Assembly (NCBI RefSeq): GCF_963921235.1
Contig: NC_086097.1
Coordinates: 219,420,001 to 219,484,000 of the forward strand
Direction of reading: 5' to 3'
Source: Mobula hypostoma
Lineage: Eukaryota
Length of the DNA stretch: 64,000 bases
Shown here one piece after another: positions 38,840 to 51,200 of this stretch (within the stretch, counting starts at the first letter, position 1; each line of letters starts with the position of its first letter). The position numbers and the translations under genes are program-made. The notes beneath the pieces are model-generated. The model saw only the letters and a program-made list of their open reading frames with translations, did not search any database and was not told the origin of the DNA.

Positions 38840-41800
38840 AGTGCTGATATCGAGGGAAATTCGGAAGGCGCAGGAAAGATGCTGTATATCCCAAAGATGA
38901 TAAAGTATTCTGAAGGGAGGATGAGGCAACCGTGACTGACAAGGGAAGTCAAAATCAGCATAAAAGCTGAAGAAAGAGAAAAAACTAGTAGAAAGGTAGA
39001 GGATTGGGAAGTTTTTAAAAACCAACAGAAGGCAAACTTAAAAAGCCATAAAGAGAGAAAAGATGAAATATGAAGGTAATAATATAAAAGATTATGCAAA
39101 GTGTTTTTTCAGATATATAAAGAGTAAAAGAGAGATGAGAGTGGATATTGACTACTGGAAAATTACACTGAAGAGGTAATAATGGAGGTAGTAAAGAGGT
39201 CAGAGGAGGTTCATAAGGATGACTCCGGGAATGAAAGGGTTATCATACGAGGAACCATTGGTAGCTCTGGGTTTGCACTCGGTGAAATTTAGAAGGATGA
39301 GGGGGATTTCATTGAAACCTTTCAAATGTTGAAAGGCCTAGACAGAATAGATGTGGAATGGATGTATCCCTTGGTGGGGGAGTCTAGGACAAGAGGGCAC
39401 AGCCTGAGGATGGAGGGGCATCCATTTAAAACAGAGATGCTGAGAAATTTCTTTGGCCAGGGGTTGGTGAATTCGGGGAATGTAATACCACAGGCAGCTG
39501 TGGAGGCCAGGTCGTTGAGTGCATTTAAGGCAGAGCTGAGTGTATTTAAGGCAGAGCTGGATAGGTTCTTGATTGGACATCACAGCAAGATTTATGGGAA
39601 GAAGGCCGAGGAGTGGAACTGAGGAGGGGAGAAAAGGATCAGCCATGACTGAATGGCGGAGCAGACTCGATGGGCCAAATGGCCAAAATCTGCTTCTATG
39701 TCTTATGGTCTTATGGAAAAAGAAACTGAAAAAATATTTTGTGGCAATCTCCACTGTGGAAGACACTAGTAAAATGCCAGAGATGTGAGAGTGTCAAAGC
39801 ACAGAAGTGAACATCATTGGTATTACTAAGGAGAATATGTTTGGGAAGCTGAAAAGTCTAAAGGTAGATAAATCACCTGGACCAGATAGACTACACCCCA
39901 GGGTTGAAAGAAGTAGCTGAGGTGGAAGCATTAGTAATAATCTTTCAAGAATCACTTGATTCTGGAATAGTTCTGGAGGACTGGAAAATTGCAAATTCCA
40001 CTCTTTCGGAAGGGAGGGAGGCAGAAGAAAGGAAACTATAGGTCAGTTAGCCTGACTTCAGTAGTTAGAAAGATGTTGGAGACTTTCGGAGTACTTGGAT
40101 GCATATGATAAAATAGGCCAAAGTCCGCATAATGTTTGAAAGTGGAAATATTGCCTGACAAATCTGTTGGAGTCCTTTGGGGAAGTAAGAGGCAGGATAG
40201 ACAAAAGAGAGTTGGTGGATATTGCTTATTTGGATTTTCAGAAGGCCTTTGACAAGGTGCCACACATGAGACTGCTTAACAAGATCAGAGCCCATGGCAT
40301 GGGAAAGCATGGATAGAAGATTGGATGACTGGCAGGAAGCAAAGAATGGAATAAAGGGTGCCTGTTCTGGATGGCTGCTGGTGACTAGTGGTGTGCCACA
40401 AGGGTCAATGTTGGGACTACGCTTTTTCACATTATATGTCAATGATGGCTTTGATGGCTTTCTGACCGTTTCCCGAGGATGTGAAGATAGGTGGGGGAGG
40501 GGCAGTTAGTGTTGAGGAAGCAGGGTGTCTGCAGAAGGGCTTAGACAAATTGCGAGAATATGCAAAAAAGTGGCAGGTAGAGTTATAGGAGAGTACAGCT
40601 CAGAAACAGGCCCTCCGCCCATCTAATCCATGCTAAGTCATTTAAACTGCCTACTCAATTGACCTGCACCAGGACCATAGCCCTCCATACCCCTACTTAT
40701 CCAAACTTCACTTAAGCATTGAAATCAAGCTCACAGACAGCATTTGTGGTGATAGCTCGCTCCACACTTTCACAGCCCTCTGAGAGAAGAAGTTTCTCCT
40801 CATGTTCCTCTTAAACTTCTCAACTTTCACCCTTAGCCCATTACCTCTATTTGTATTCCCACCTAATCTCAGTGAAAAAAGGCTGCTTGCATTTATCCTA
40901 TCTACACCCCTCATAATTTTGTATACCTCTATCAAATCTCCTTTCAATCTTCTACATTCTAACCTGTTCAATCTTTCCTTATAACTGAGGTCCTCCAGGT
41001 CCAGCAACATCCTTGTAAATTTTCTCAGTACTCTTTCAACCTTATTTATATCTTTCCTGTAGATAGGTGACCAAAACTGGACTACAGATGGGATATAGGG
41101 AATTACCTGGTCATGCAGTTTGGCAAAGAGTGTTAAGAAGTGGACTGTTTTGTAAATGGGGAGAAAATTCAAAAATCAGTGGCATAAAGGAACTTGAGAG
41201 TTCTCATGCAGGATTCCCTAGAGGTTAATTTACAGATTGAGTCAGTGGTAAGGAAAGCAAATATAATCTTGACATTTATTTCAAGAGGACTAGAAAACAA
41301 AAGCAAGGATGTAATACTGAGGCTTTATAAGGCATTGGTCAGACCACACAGAGTACTGTGAGCAATTTTGGTCCCCTTATCAAAGAAAAGATGTACTGGC
41401 ATTGGAGAGAGTCCAGAGAAGGTTCATGAGAATGATTCCAGGAATGAAAGGGTTAACATAGAAGGGTTAACATTTGATGGCTCTAGGCCTGTACTCATTG
41501 GAGTTTAGAAGAATGAGGGGGATCTCATTGAAACCTATCGAATACTGAAAAGCCTAGCTAGAGTGGATGTGGAGAGGATGCTTCCGATAGTGGGGAGTCC
41601 AGGACCAGAGGGCACAGCCACAGAATTGAGGGATACCCATTTAGAACAGAGATGAGGTAGAAATTCCTTAGCCAGAGGGTGTTGAATCTGTGGAATTCAC
41701 TGGGCTGTGCGGGCCAAGTTGTTATGTTTTGTAACTTCAAAACATTACACTTATACAAAAGAAGACAAAGGAATCCTAGAATGTGGGTCTAACTTCATGA

Positions 41801-42130
41801 TTACTTTAAGTGGGCCGTGCACGTATCACGTGGTAGCGTGATGACGTATGCAATTAATATATTTTTACATATAACCCATAATTAACAAAAATTCTTAATC
41901 AACAATATATATACAAGATTACTCAAATGTTACTTAAATATAAAATATACAACACAAGGCATTGGGTGTACTTAAAGTGAAGGTTGATATGTTTTGGTTA
42001 ATCAGGGCATCAAAGGTTATGGGGAGAATGGGGCTGAAAGGGATAATAAATCACCCATGATGGAATAATGGAGCAGACTCATTGGGCCGAATGGCCTAAT
42101 TCTGCTCCTATTTCTTAGGGGTTTATGGTG
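38840..42130 (+). mobile_element. Cluster of decayed CR1 fragments (plus strand: 38840-39715, 39720-40580, 41085-42130; minus strand: 40580-41080)
   Basis: ORFs 39326-39622, 40294-40509 and 40708-41172 are CR1 ORF2 pieces, with CR1 3' UTRs. Confidence 0.82.
41720..41954. mobile_element. Short solo-LTR-like insert
   Basis: TG...CA termini. Flanks caagt/caagg (5-bp TSD, 1 mismatch) inside a CR1. An inverted homologue lies at 53913-54155. Confidence 0.65.
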
Positions 42131-43964
42131 TTCTATCACACTGACATACTGACAGCTTCGCTAGCAATTCACTTTTAGAGGAGCAATTGATGTTGAATTG
42201 AAGCATAATGTACCCAGCCCCCTTATCTCTTTCCATTTTATCTAGCTGGTGCCCTGATCAGCTGCAACAGCCACATGAATCTCAAAAACAGCTACAAAAA
42301 CAGGGAGAATATGCAAATTTCACACAGACAATACCAGAGATCAGAACTGAACCTGCACTTCTGCTCTCTGTGCTACAGTGCCTCCACTAACTGCTTCACT
42401 GTGTGGCTCTTTGAGAATGTCCTTGGCTTCTACATCCTGTTAGCTGATTCATCGAACACTACCATTCATCATTATATGGCAAGAGTTCAAGAGGTTGAAT
42501 TCAATCCATCAGTTGCGAAATTGTTAATCTGGGTCTACTGTGTGTTACTTTAATTGATTTACATGAACTGTTTAAATCTAGTCCAGTCTCAGCACACTAA
42601 AACATTTCAGTTCAGCTAATAAGTTCTATTTTGGCATTGTCGCTGACCAATGAAAAAGCAGTCCACTGCACCTGGTTAATATGGATTTGCTGCAGTGCGT
42701 TCTCAAGGAAACCAAATGGGTTTGAATGAGGGAAAAATATCTGGAGTGTATGGACTGACAGGACATTATGATATCAGTGGTCAAGAAAAGAGCTGTGGTG
42801 GCTGTAGATCGTTAACTGAGCTATCTTTTTTCATAATCTTCTGTGTGATTGTTAAAGCTGAACAGTCATACATAGTTCTCTGTTCATTCAGGCATTTACT
42901 GGGTAATTAGTCAATCTGGCAGTTTACAGTGCATGAAGGGAGTGGGGCTAAAAAGTCATGGCTCCACAACATACTGGTGCATTACAAGTACTGGGCATGT
43001 GGGCAGTTGGAAAGGAGTTATACATACTTCCTTCCCTCTAGTTAGTCTGAAAATTGATCTTTCATCACTCGCACGCATGATTACATGTGTCTGGACTGGC
43101 GGGAAATGTCATTCCTAACATGGGCAGGCTGGAAGGACCACTGGGTCATTTTCAAACAGTCACTTTCATATTTTAAAACAAAAACCTATGTCACTGTAAT
43201 CCAGACTCAATTTCAGAGGGATCATCATAAATTGGATGGTCTGCAAATTGGACAGAAAGTTCGAGGGCACAGCTTTCAGCTGCCCTCCTGCCTCTCATTA
43301 ACAGGGCCTCTCAAATTCAGTCCCTTTATTCTTCTGTCCAATTCTCTCTTTAAGCATTTCCTCCTGCCAGCATCTATCTTTTTGACCTCTTGGTCATGGG
43401 TCAGTTCACCAGTACAAGTGTGCACAATGTGCTGCCTTTACCATGACAAAGCCACAATGGCTGCAGCTGACCCACTGCAGAAAAGCTGACCAGCAAGATT
43501 TTAATCTCTTCTCTACTTTAACTTAGTTAGAGATAAGCAGACCTAATAAAAAATAGTGGAACCATTTATTAAATAATTCAATTTTCATCACAGTTCCGTG
43601 TGATTGGGTTGATCGATAAGATCATTGACATGATAATACACGGACTGATGGGCCCAACTCCTTAATGAAAGCTCCTTCTCCTGAAACAACAGCTGCACCA
43701 TCCATCAAACATCAGACATCCCAGGCTTTGGCTTATATATTTAAATTGCGCTCTGAAAATTAAAAATAAGTAACCAAACTTGCAAATGATGTTCTAATGA
43801 TTTTTCAGCCCAATTCTCCATAACGTCCTTAATGAGAAACTGAATAATGTAGTGTATCAATCATTAATCAAACAGTTTTCAATTCAAGATTTAAATCTGG
43901 TTAAAATAGACAGGTTACAAATCTCCTCTGTGTGAAATGAGTGTTGGCAGTTTCAGTTCTGATC

Positions 43965-44205
43965 CATAAGACCATAAGACGTAAGAGCAGAGTTAGGCTA
44001 TTCGGCCCATCAAGTCTTCTCTACCATTCCTTCAAGGCTGATTTCTTTTCCTCTCAACCCCATTCCCCTGCCTTTTCCCCATAACCTTTGACACCATGAC
44101 TAATCAAGAACCTATCAACCTCTGCTTTAAATATACCCAATGACTTGGCCTCCACAACTGGGAGTGGCAATGAATTACACAGATTCACCACTCTCTGGAT
44201 AAAGA
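43965..44205 (-). mobile_element. CR1 3' end
   Basis: (ccataaga)n tail, CR1 3' UTR, and cacagattcaccactctctgg. Confidence 0.75.
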
Positions 44206-44789
44206 ACCTTGTTTTATCCATCTATTCTGAAGCTCCAAAGGCTCAAGGTTCACAATGTAGAGCTGGCTCAGCTGTGCCACATGGATGTATCAAAAACAAT
44301 CTTCCTCCGGGGGTGTTGAGACACATTATTAGGGCAATGCGTCAGCAAGTATCTCAGCTATGCAATTGTCAACAAGTTTCTTTTTGTATGTAAATAACTT
44401 TATTTTGTAATATTTCCAAATAAAGTATATTTTTGGGAAGAAAAATTTGGTGCTGAACTGCTAGCTTGAAGTGATAAATATTCCAGTTTCCAGCATTAAA
44501 TCCCTTAGTCTGAAAAAAAAAATCAGGAAAAATTATGTTAAAACAAATCAATAAGATATGACCAGTAGAGCTGATCTCAGCTGCCAAAATAAGTTTTCAA
44601 CTTTCCTGCCTGAACTGTTGAGCCTAGTCTGAGAATTATTAATTTGGTAACTGCCAGGGTGACACCAGTTTCAGATCAGGCAATTCCAATGTTCCATTTG
44701 TCACCTTCCCTCATCTACCCTACATAAACGTGTACATCCAAACCCTGCTGCCAATGTCATATCTCACTCCGAGCCTCATCTGCTTGCTA

Positions 44790-45070
44790 CATCTTCATTT
44801 GCTGCCCAAAATTTGTCCGTTCCAGTTTTAAACATTCATTCTTGTTTTCAAAACCTCTGTGGCCTCAGACTTTCCACTTTCACCACAGTCTGCCCCATCT
44901 CTGCAACAAATCTTCCTATAAGTCTTCTGATCTCTGTGTTCCTCCAATTCTGGCCCAACGCATACTTGTGGTTTTAATCACTCCATTAATGGTGTGCATG
45001 TTTTCAGCTGCCAAACGCCTGCTCTGGAATTCTCTCCCTAAATCTCCACTTCCCTACCTCTCCCTCTTTT
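44790..45070 (+). mobile_element. L2-like LINE 3' fragment
   Basis: cttgttttcaaaacc...ctctggaattctctccctaaa is similar to 55850-56240. Confidence 0.45.
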
Positions 45071-45663
45071 CATGGCTTGCACTTGAAAGACGGAAAGTTG
45101 AATATTTCAAGTGTATGCATTGTATCACAGACCTCTATGAACCCTGGCTCAAAAATTATAGGACGTAGAAATTTACAGCACATTGCAGGCCCTTTGGCCC
45201 ACAATGTTGTGCCGACTATTCGAGAAACTGTGTAGAATTTCCCTAATGCATAGCTATTATTTTTCCAAGATCCATGTATCTAAGAGGCTTTTAAAAGACC
45301 TTATTGTATCCACTTCCACCACCACCGCCAGCAGTGCATTCCACACACCCACCACTCTCTGTGTGAAAAACTTACCTCTGACATCCCCTCCGTACCTAAT
45401 TCTAAGCACATTAAAAATATGCCTCCTCGTATTAGACAACTCAGCCCTGGGAAAAAGCCTCTGACTATCCACACGAACAATGCCCCTCATCATCTTATAC
45501 ACCTCAGTCAGGCTACATCTCATCCTCCATCGCTGCAAGGAGAAAAGGCCAAGTACACTCAACATTACCTCATGGCTCTTGAACTCATTCCCACAGTTGA
45601 TGAATGCCAACACATCATATGCCTTCTTAACAACACAGTCAACATGCGCAGTAGCTTTGAGTG

Positions 45664-46356
45664 TGTAGCCCCCCTGGCCACCCTCAGGGTCGCTCGGCTC
45701 GCTGTCGTCTAGGGAAACTGCCTCGGCCCCGCCAAACTGGGTAATTCGTTTGTGTGGATGCTGTGTGAGGTACCCCACCCTGCCCAAATAACAGACAATA
45801 CACCAGATGCAATTAAATGATTTACAGTTTATAGATATTACTGGAACTATATAATTAAAAGAGAATAAAATATAAAAGGAAAATAAAAGGCGCCACACTT
45901 ATCAAAGTTCAATCTCTTCATGCACAAAAACCGTTGGAGCTCAAGGACCTTCTTCTTCACCCTGAGACCCCCTCGGACCACCTCGACCGGCCGCCTGGGA
46001 CCAACAACGGTGGTCAACCAGACGCTCCACACGAGTCCGTCTCCGTCTCCTCGCCGAACGTCCCGCTCGGGGTCCGACCCCGTTAGCGTACTCACAGCAC
46101 CTGGTCCATCCTCTGTCTCGCTGTCCCGCCTTCTGCCCCCAAACCCCCTCGCAAACAGTATCTTCAAATACACCAAAACCATAACAACTATCCCAATTGG
46201 TTAATAGCACCCTCTTATCACCCTCTAAACCACAATAAGCTGCTAGCGCAAACTTTCTCAGCGTTAAAGCACAACAAAGCCGCATTCCCCAGATTAACAT
46301 AAAAACGCCATTTTAATTAGCCTCCGCAGTAACATAAAAATCGAAACCACCTTACA
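45664..46356 (-). repeat. Complete 3' LTR (693 bp) of the minus-strand Gypsy arm
   Basis: On the minus strand it runs tgtaagg...ggctaca and is immediately preceded by a polypurine tract. Confidence 0.85.
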
Positions 46357-46372
46357 CTGTCCCCCCACCAAA
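46357..46372 (-). promoter_or_regulatory. Polypurine tract (plus-strand primer site) of the minus arm
   Basis: tttggtggggggacag directly abuts the TG of the LTR. The upstream pol-terminal motif RRSQRVKKLPDRLAY lies at 46506-46550. Confidence 0.8.
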
Positions 46373-46626
46373 TAAAGTCATGTCCTCATGACTTTTAAAT
46401 AACTCGCCACCCAGTCCTACAGACACACAACACACACATACACAGATACACACAGTGACAGTGCTCCCCAAACAGTGGACCTTACTCCCGTCCCATGGGC
46501 GCTAAATAGGCCAACCTATCTGGGAGCTTCTTAACCCTCTGAGACCTCCGTACCCCCTCACCTAAACCCAAAAGGCTCAGACACTACTAGGGATACCTCG
46601 GGCCTGCTTGCCAACTCCTCTCTCAC

Positions 46627-47259
46627 TCAGGCCACCACTACAGCTCGGAGCCCCCTATCCCGTGTCCGGGGCCCCGCCTCTCCTCCTTCCTGATCCTGCC
46701 GTAACTCAGACTGCCCACAGCTAGCCCTCCCCACTACACCTGACTCAATGGGAGAAGGGCCAAAGGTCTCTTCCTCAATCACGGGGAAGTTAGCGAAAGG
46801 CAGCATGTTCCACATGGGCAGCACATCATCCTTCGAATCCGTATCCTTCCTCATTCCCTCGATCGATAGCTGCTGATTAAGTTTCTCCAAACTGAAACAT
46901 TTAGCCGGGGCTACCCCTTCAGCCTCCTGCAGTCGAGACGTCAGCTTCTTCGGGGACTCCTTCAACTCTCGCCACAGCCTCCACAGTTCTGACTCAGGGT
47001 TCCTGGCCATCTCAATCTGGGACGCAGTTACCCCACCAGCTTCTTCCACCCTGACCTGAAAAGCAGCAGTTAAAGAACGTTCAGCCTCCGGTTGTTTCTT
47101 CCTGAGGGTGTCCTCCAGGTCAACTTTCAGTTTTTCCACTTCATTTAAACTCGCGATAATCATCTTCAGGTTCCTTTCAAGCGTCGGCCTCCCTTTTCCG
47201 AGATCTGTCCTCCATTTCTTTACCTCCTCGGGAGTGTAGTCAGACTCCCCTCCCTGGGC
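46627..47259 (-). CDS. Chimeric ORF: myosin-II heavy-chain rod-like segments (about 46858-47229) fused in frame to a Gypsy pol C-terminal tail
   Basis: Stop-free from 47259. Contains [56 protein letters not shown] and [24 protein letters not shown], then [27 protein letters not shown], which matches the plus-arm pol tail DTSSEDD..WYLLPFADSPVLGEETLGPS. Confidence 0.75.
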   Translation of the reverse strand, partial: AQGGESDYTPEEVKKWRTDLGKGRPTLERNLKMIIASLNEVEKLKVDLEDTLRKKQPEAERSLTAAFQVRVEEAGGVTASQIEMARNPESELWRLWRELKESPKKLTSRLQEAEGVAPAKCFSLEKLNQQLSIEGMRKDTDSKDDVLPMWNMLPFANFPVIEEETFGPSPIESGVVGRASCGQSELRQDQEGGEAGPRTRDRGLRAVVVA

Positions 47260-48295
47260 TCACACTCTCCCTGAGGGCGCAAGTGAGGAGGTGTTGGAGG
47301 AGGAGGAGCTAGATGAGGCCCCCGGCCGGGTGCCCGTAGCAAGAGGTAGAGGTGTGGAGTGGGAAGGTTTGGCCAGGCCCAGCCCCCATGGACTTGAGGA
47401 GACTGCCGAGTTAACGGCTGCCATTACCTCCCTGGCGAGAAGGGTTGAGGGGCCCCGCCCGAAGCTGAGAATTTTCTCGGGAGCCAAGCCGGAAGGGGAG
47501 GATGACTATGATACCTGGGTTGAAGATACATCCCAATTGTTAGAGGTGTGGCCAGTTTCGGATGAGGAAAAGAGACAGCGATTGGTGGAAAGCTTAAGGG
47601 GCAGGGCGGTCCGGGTGGTCCACGACCTGAGAGCGGCATGCCCCTTGGCTTCCCTGTCGGAGTGTTTGGATGCTTTGGAGGAAGTGTTTGGACTGTCAGG
47701 GGATCCCTGGCGGCATTTAGCAGAGTTTCAACGGATGGGGCAGAGAAGAGGGGAAAAGCTTTCAGACTATGCTTTCAGGCTGGAAGGAAAGCTTACGGGG
47801 TTGCTGCGACGAGGGATAGTGAGGGAGGACGAAGTGGCGGAGTTAAGGATGAGCCAGATATGTAGCAGTTCCCGGGAGGATGACAGAGTGGCTTGGAGTG
47901 TACGGCAGTCATTTAAGCAGAGCCCCCCTCCATCATTCGGACAGCTGATCCGAGAGGTACGGGCCGAGGAGTGTGCTTTGGGCCGACCAGGGGGCTCGGA
48001 CCCTCAGGGACGGTCTTCAGCGGTTCAGGAGGTGGTAGCCGGGGTGAGACCAGAGAAATCCAAGGGGTCCCCGGGGGCCCGTATCGGGAGGAGAGAGGCG
48101 GCGAGTAGTGGGTGCTATAACTGTGGGAGAGAGGGTCATTTCCGCCGGGAATGTGAGTGGCCGGGGGCGTGCTACTGCTGTGGGGAAGCTGGCCACTTGC
48201 GGAAGGATTGTGAGAGACGAGATGCGCCGAGGGGGGAGGGCCCCTGGGCCACCAAGAAGGGAGAGGTGTCGGGAAACTTAGGAGAGGCTCAGTGA
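47250..48295 (+). CDS. gag: Gypsy Gag, PNMA-like capsid with two CCHC zinc knuckles, 5'-truncated
   Basis: [51 protein letters not shown] and [14 protein letters not shown]. Confidence 0.88.
48271..48277 (+). promoter_or_regulatory. Putative -1 ribosomal frameshift slippery heptamer (G GGA AAC)
   Basis: X XXY YYZ in gag phase (tcg gga aac), 5 codons before the gag stop. The -1 frame is the open protease frame of ORF 48292-49206. Confidence 0.7.
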
Positions 48296-51200
48296 GGGAA
48301 CGGACTGGAGTCTCGGGAGGAACACGTTCCCAGAAAACCGCTATGGAACCCCAGAAAGAACAAACCCAAATTCCTGATGGACTGGTGGGACCCCGTTCCA
48401 GCGTGTTCCTACGGATAGAGGGAATCTTTGCGAAAGCCATCCTTGACACCGGGTCGCAGGATACCTTACTGTACCGGTTGTTCTACAACAAATATCTGAA
48501 ACATTTGGCAGTAACTCCGTTTAAAGCATTGGAGATTTGGGGCATAAGTGATGGTGATTACCCATACGATGGATACTTGTCAGTGAGATTGGAATTTTCG
48601 GAGGGAGATGTGGGAGTATCGGAAGCCTTTGAGACGCTGGTGTTGGTTTGTCCGGACCCGGTGGAGACCGGTGGTGCTGCCCTGTTGGTGGGGACTAACT
48701 CCCCTCTGGTGCGACGGCGCTTGGGAGCCTGTAAGAAGAAGGGGGGGGAGAACTTTCTGGAGACCCTCTCGGTCCACCCCGTGTTCCAAGTGGTGTACGA
48801 AGGAGTGGGTGACCCCCAGGAGCTGGATCCTGTGTGCAAACGAGGGACGGTGTGGTGCACTCAGGCGAGGCCTAAGGTGATACGGCCAGGGGAGGTGGCA
48901 TTAGTGATGGGGACCCCCAGATTCCCCGGATTACCGCCGGGAGAGGCCCTGCTAGTAGACGCCCCCGGCGACCTGGAAAGGGAGTCCCGGTTCTCGGCTG
49001 GGGCGCTGGTGAGACCTGAATTGCAGAGGCCCTCAGCTGTACAGGCACCGCGGATGGGGGTGATGGTAAGGAACATAACGGAGAGGGAGATCACCTTTAA
49101 GCGCGGGATGCCCCTCGCGCACTTGTTCCCGGTGACGGTGATGTCCAGCGCCCCCGTGAAGCCCACTGGAGGAGAACTATTGGGAAACAGGGGGGCGGCT
49201 GACTGAAGAGGCCTTTAATTTTGAAAACTCCCCTGTACTGCCGGCGTATAAGAGCAGGCCAGTGGAGAAGATGCTGAAGTTAGGGGGTGTCTTTTCTCAG
49301 GGCGAGTTTGATGTAGGATGTTCCAAGAGCACTCGGCACACCATTCAGGTGACAAATGACACCCCGTTTAGGGAGAGGTCGCGGCGGTTGGCCCCAGCAG
49401 ATGTGGAAGATGTGCGGCAGTTGAAAGACGCAGGGATTATTGCGGAGTCCCGAAGCCCCTATGCGTCCCCCATAGTGGTGGCAAGGAAGAAAAATGGGAA
49501 GGTACGCATGTGCGTGGACTATAGGACCCTGAACCGCCGCACTGTTCCCGACCAATATACGGTCCCAAGGGTGGAAGATGCCTTGGCCTGTCTGAGTGGT
49601 GCACAGTGGTTTAGTGTATTGGATTTGCGGAGTGGGTATTACCAGATTCCGATGAGCGAGACTGATAAGGAGAAGACAGCCTTTATCTGCCCCCTGGGGT
49701 TTTTCCAGTTCGAACGAATGCCCCAAGGTATCTCGGGGGCCCCAGCCACCTTCCAGCAGCTCATGGAGCGGACAATGGGGGACATGAACCTGCTGGAGGT
49801 ATTGGTGTACCTGGACGACCTGATAGTGTTTGGATCTACGTTGGAGGAACATGAGGAGCGGCTGCTGAAGGTGCTGAGTCTGCTGAAAGAGGAAGGGTTA
49901 AAACTTTCCCTGGATAAATGCCAGTTCTGTAAGACGTCGGTCAGCTATGTCGGGCACATAATCTCGCAAAATGGAGTGGCCACCGATCCGGATAAGATAA
50001 CCGCAGTCACCACCTGGCCGAGACCTCAGAAGGTGAGCACCTTACGCTCGTTTTTGGGGTTTTGCGGATATTACCGGCAATTCGTGAAAGGATATGCGAA
50101 AATGAGTCATCCATTGAACCAGCTGCTGTGTGGCTATCCACCTGTGGGGAGGAGGAGAAAGGGAGACCGAGGGTCGGAGGTAGGAGGATACTTGAACCCG
50201 GGGGAGCCTTTTGGATTGAGGTGGGATGCTCAATGTGAGGAGGCGTTCCAATCTCTAAAAAGGGCGCTGACGCAGGCCCCAGTGTTGGCTTTTGCTGATC
50301 CCCGGAAGCCGTATGTTCTACGCACTGATGCCAGTCACGACAGTCTGGGGGCTGTTCTGTACCAGGAACAGGGAAACGGCTTGAGGCCGGAGGCATTTGT
50401 CAGTCGGAGCTTGTCGCCATCTGAGAGAAACTATCCCACTCACAAGCTGGAGTTCTTGGCGTTGAAATGGGCGGTGGTGGACAAGTTGAGTGACTACCTA
50501 TACGGGGCCCAGTTTGAGGTGAGAACTGATAACAACCCCCTCACTTATATCCTGACCTCAGCGAAGCTGGACGCTACTGGGCACCGGTGGTTAGCAGCCT
50601 TGTCTGCCTATGAGTTTAGCCTGAAGTACCGCCCGGGGAGTCGGAACATCGATGCAGATGCCCTGTCTCATCGGGCGCACGACGAGTTGGGCACGGCTGA
50701 GGAGTGGAAGAGTGTCCCTGCCCTGGGAGTAAAGGACATGTGTCAAGTTGGGAGCGACGGGGAAGTAGGAGCACAGATGGGAACGGATCAGGCAGTAGAT
50801 CAACTGGGGGCTGACGATGACGCGCTGCCCACTGTTTACTGTAATGTGACTGCTCTGAGGAACAGGCAGCTGCCGGAGTTGAGTCCCCAGGAAGTGGAGG
50901 CGGCTCAGCGTGATGACCCGAGCATTGGCACTATCTGTACACGGTTCGCTGGGGTGATATGGGGCAGGTGGAGAAGGCGAAATATGTCTCCGTTCCCCTA
51001 CTACTGAAGGAGTGGCCCCGGTTGAAGCTGAAGAACCACGTCCTGTACCGGGTCACGTCGCCTCCGGACCACCCCCGGCGCTGGCAACTGGTCATGCCTG
51101 AGAAGTATCGGAAGACCGTGCTCCAGGCTCTACATGATGATTCCGGGCACTTAGGGGTAGAGAAGACCTATGGATTAGTCAAGGACCGGTTTTACTGGCC

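Noticed and set aside
46627..47259. A bona fide host myosin gene or exons
   Set aside because: The segments are intron-less, internally deleted and diverged, lie inside a TSD-flanked LTR insertion, and are fused to a pol tail. No other myosin exons are seen in the window.
47291..48295. A domesticated PNMA gene
   Set aside because: It is N-terminally truncated and followed by a frameshift site, pol and LTR, so it is retrotransposon gag.
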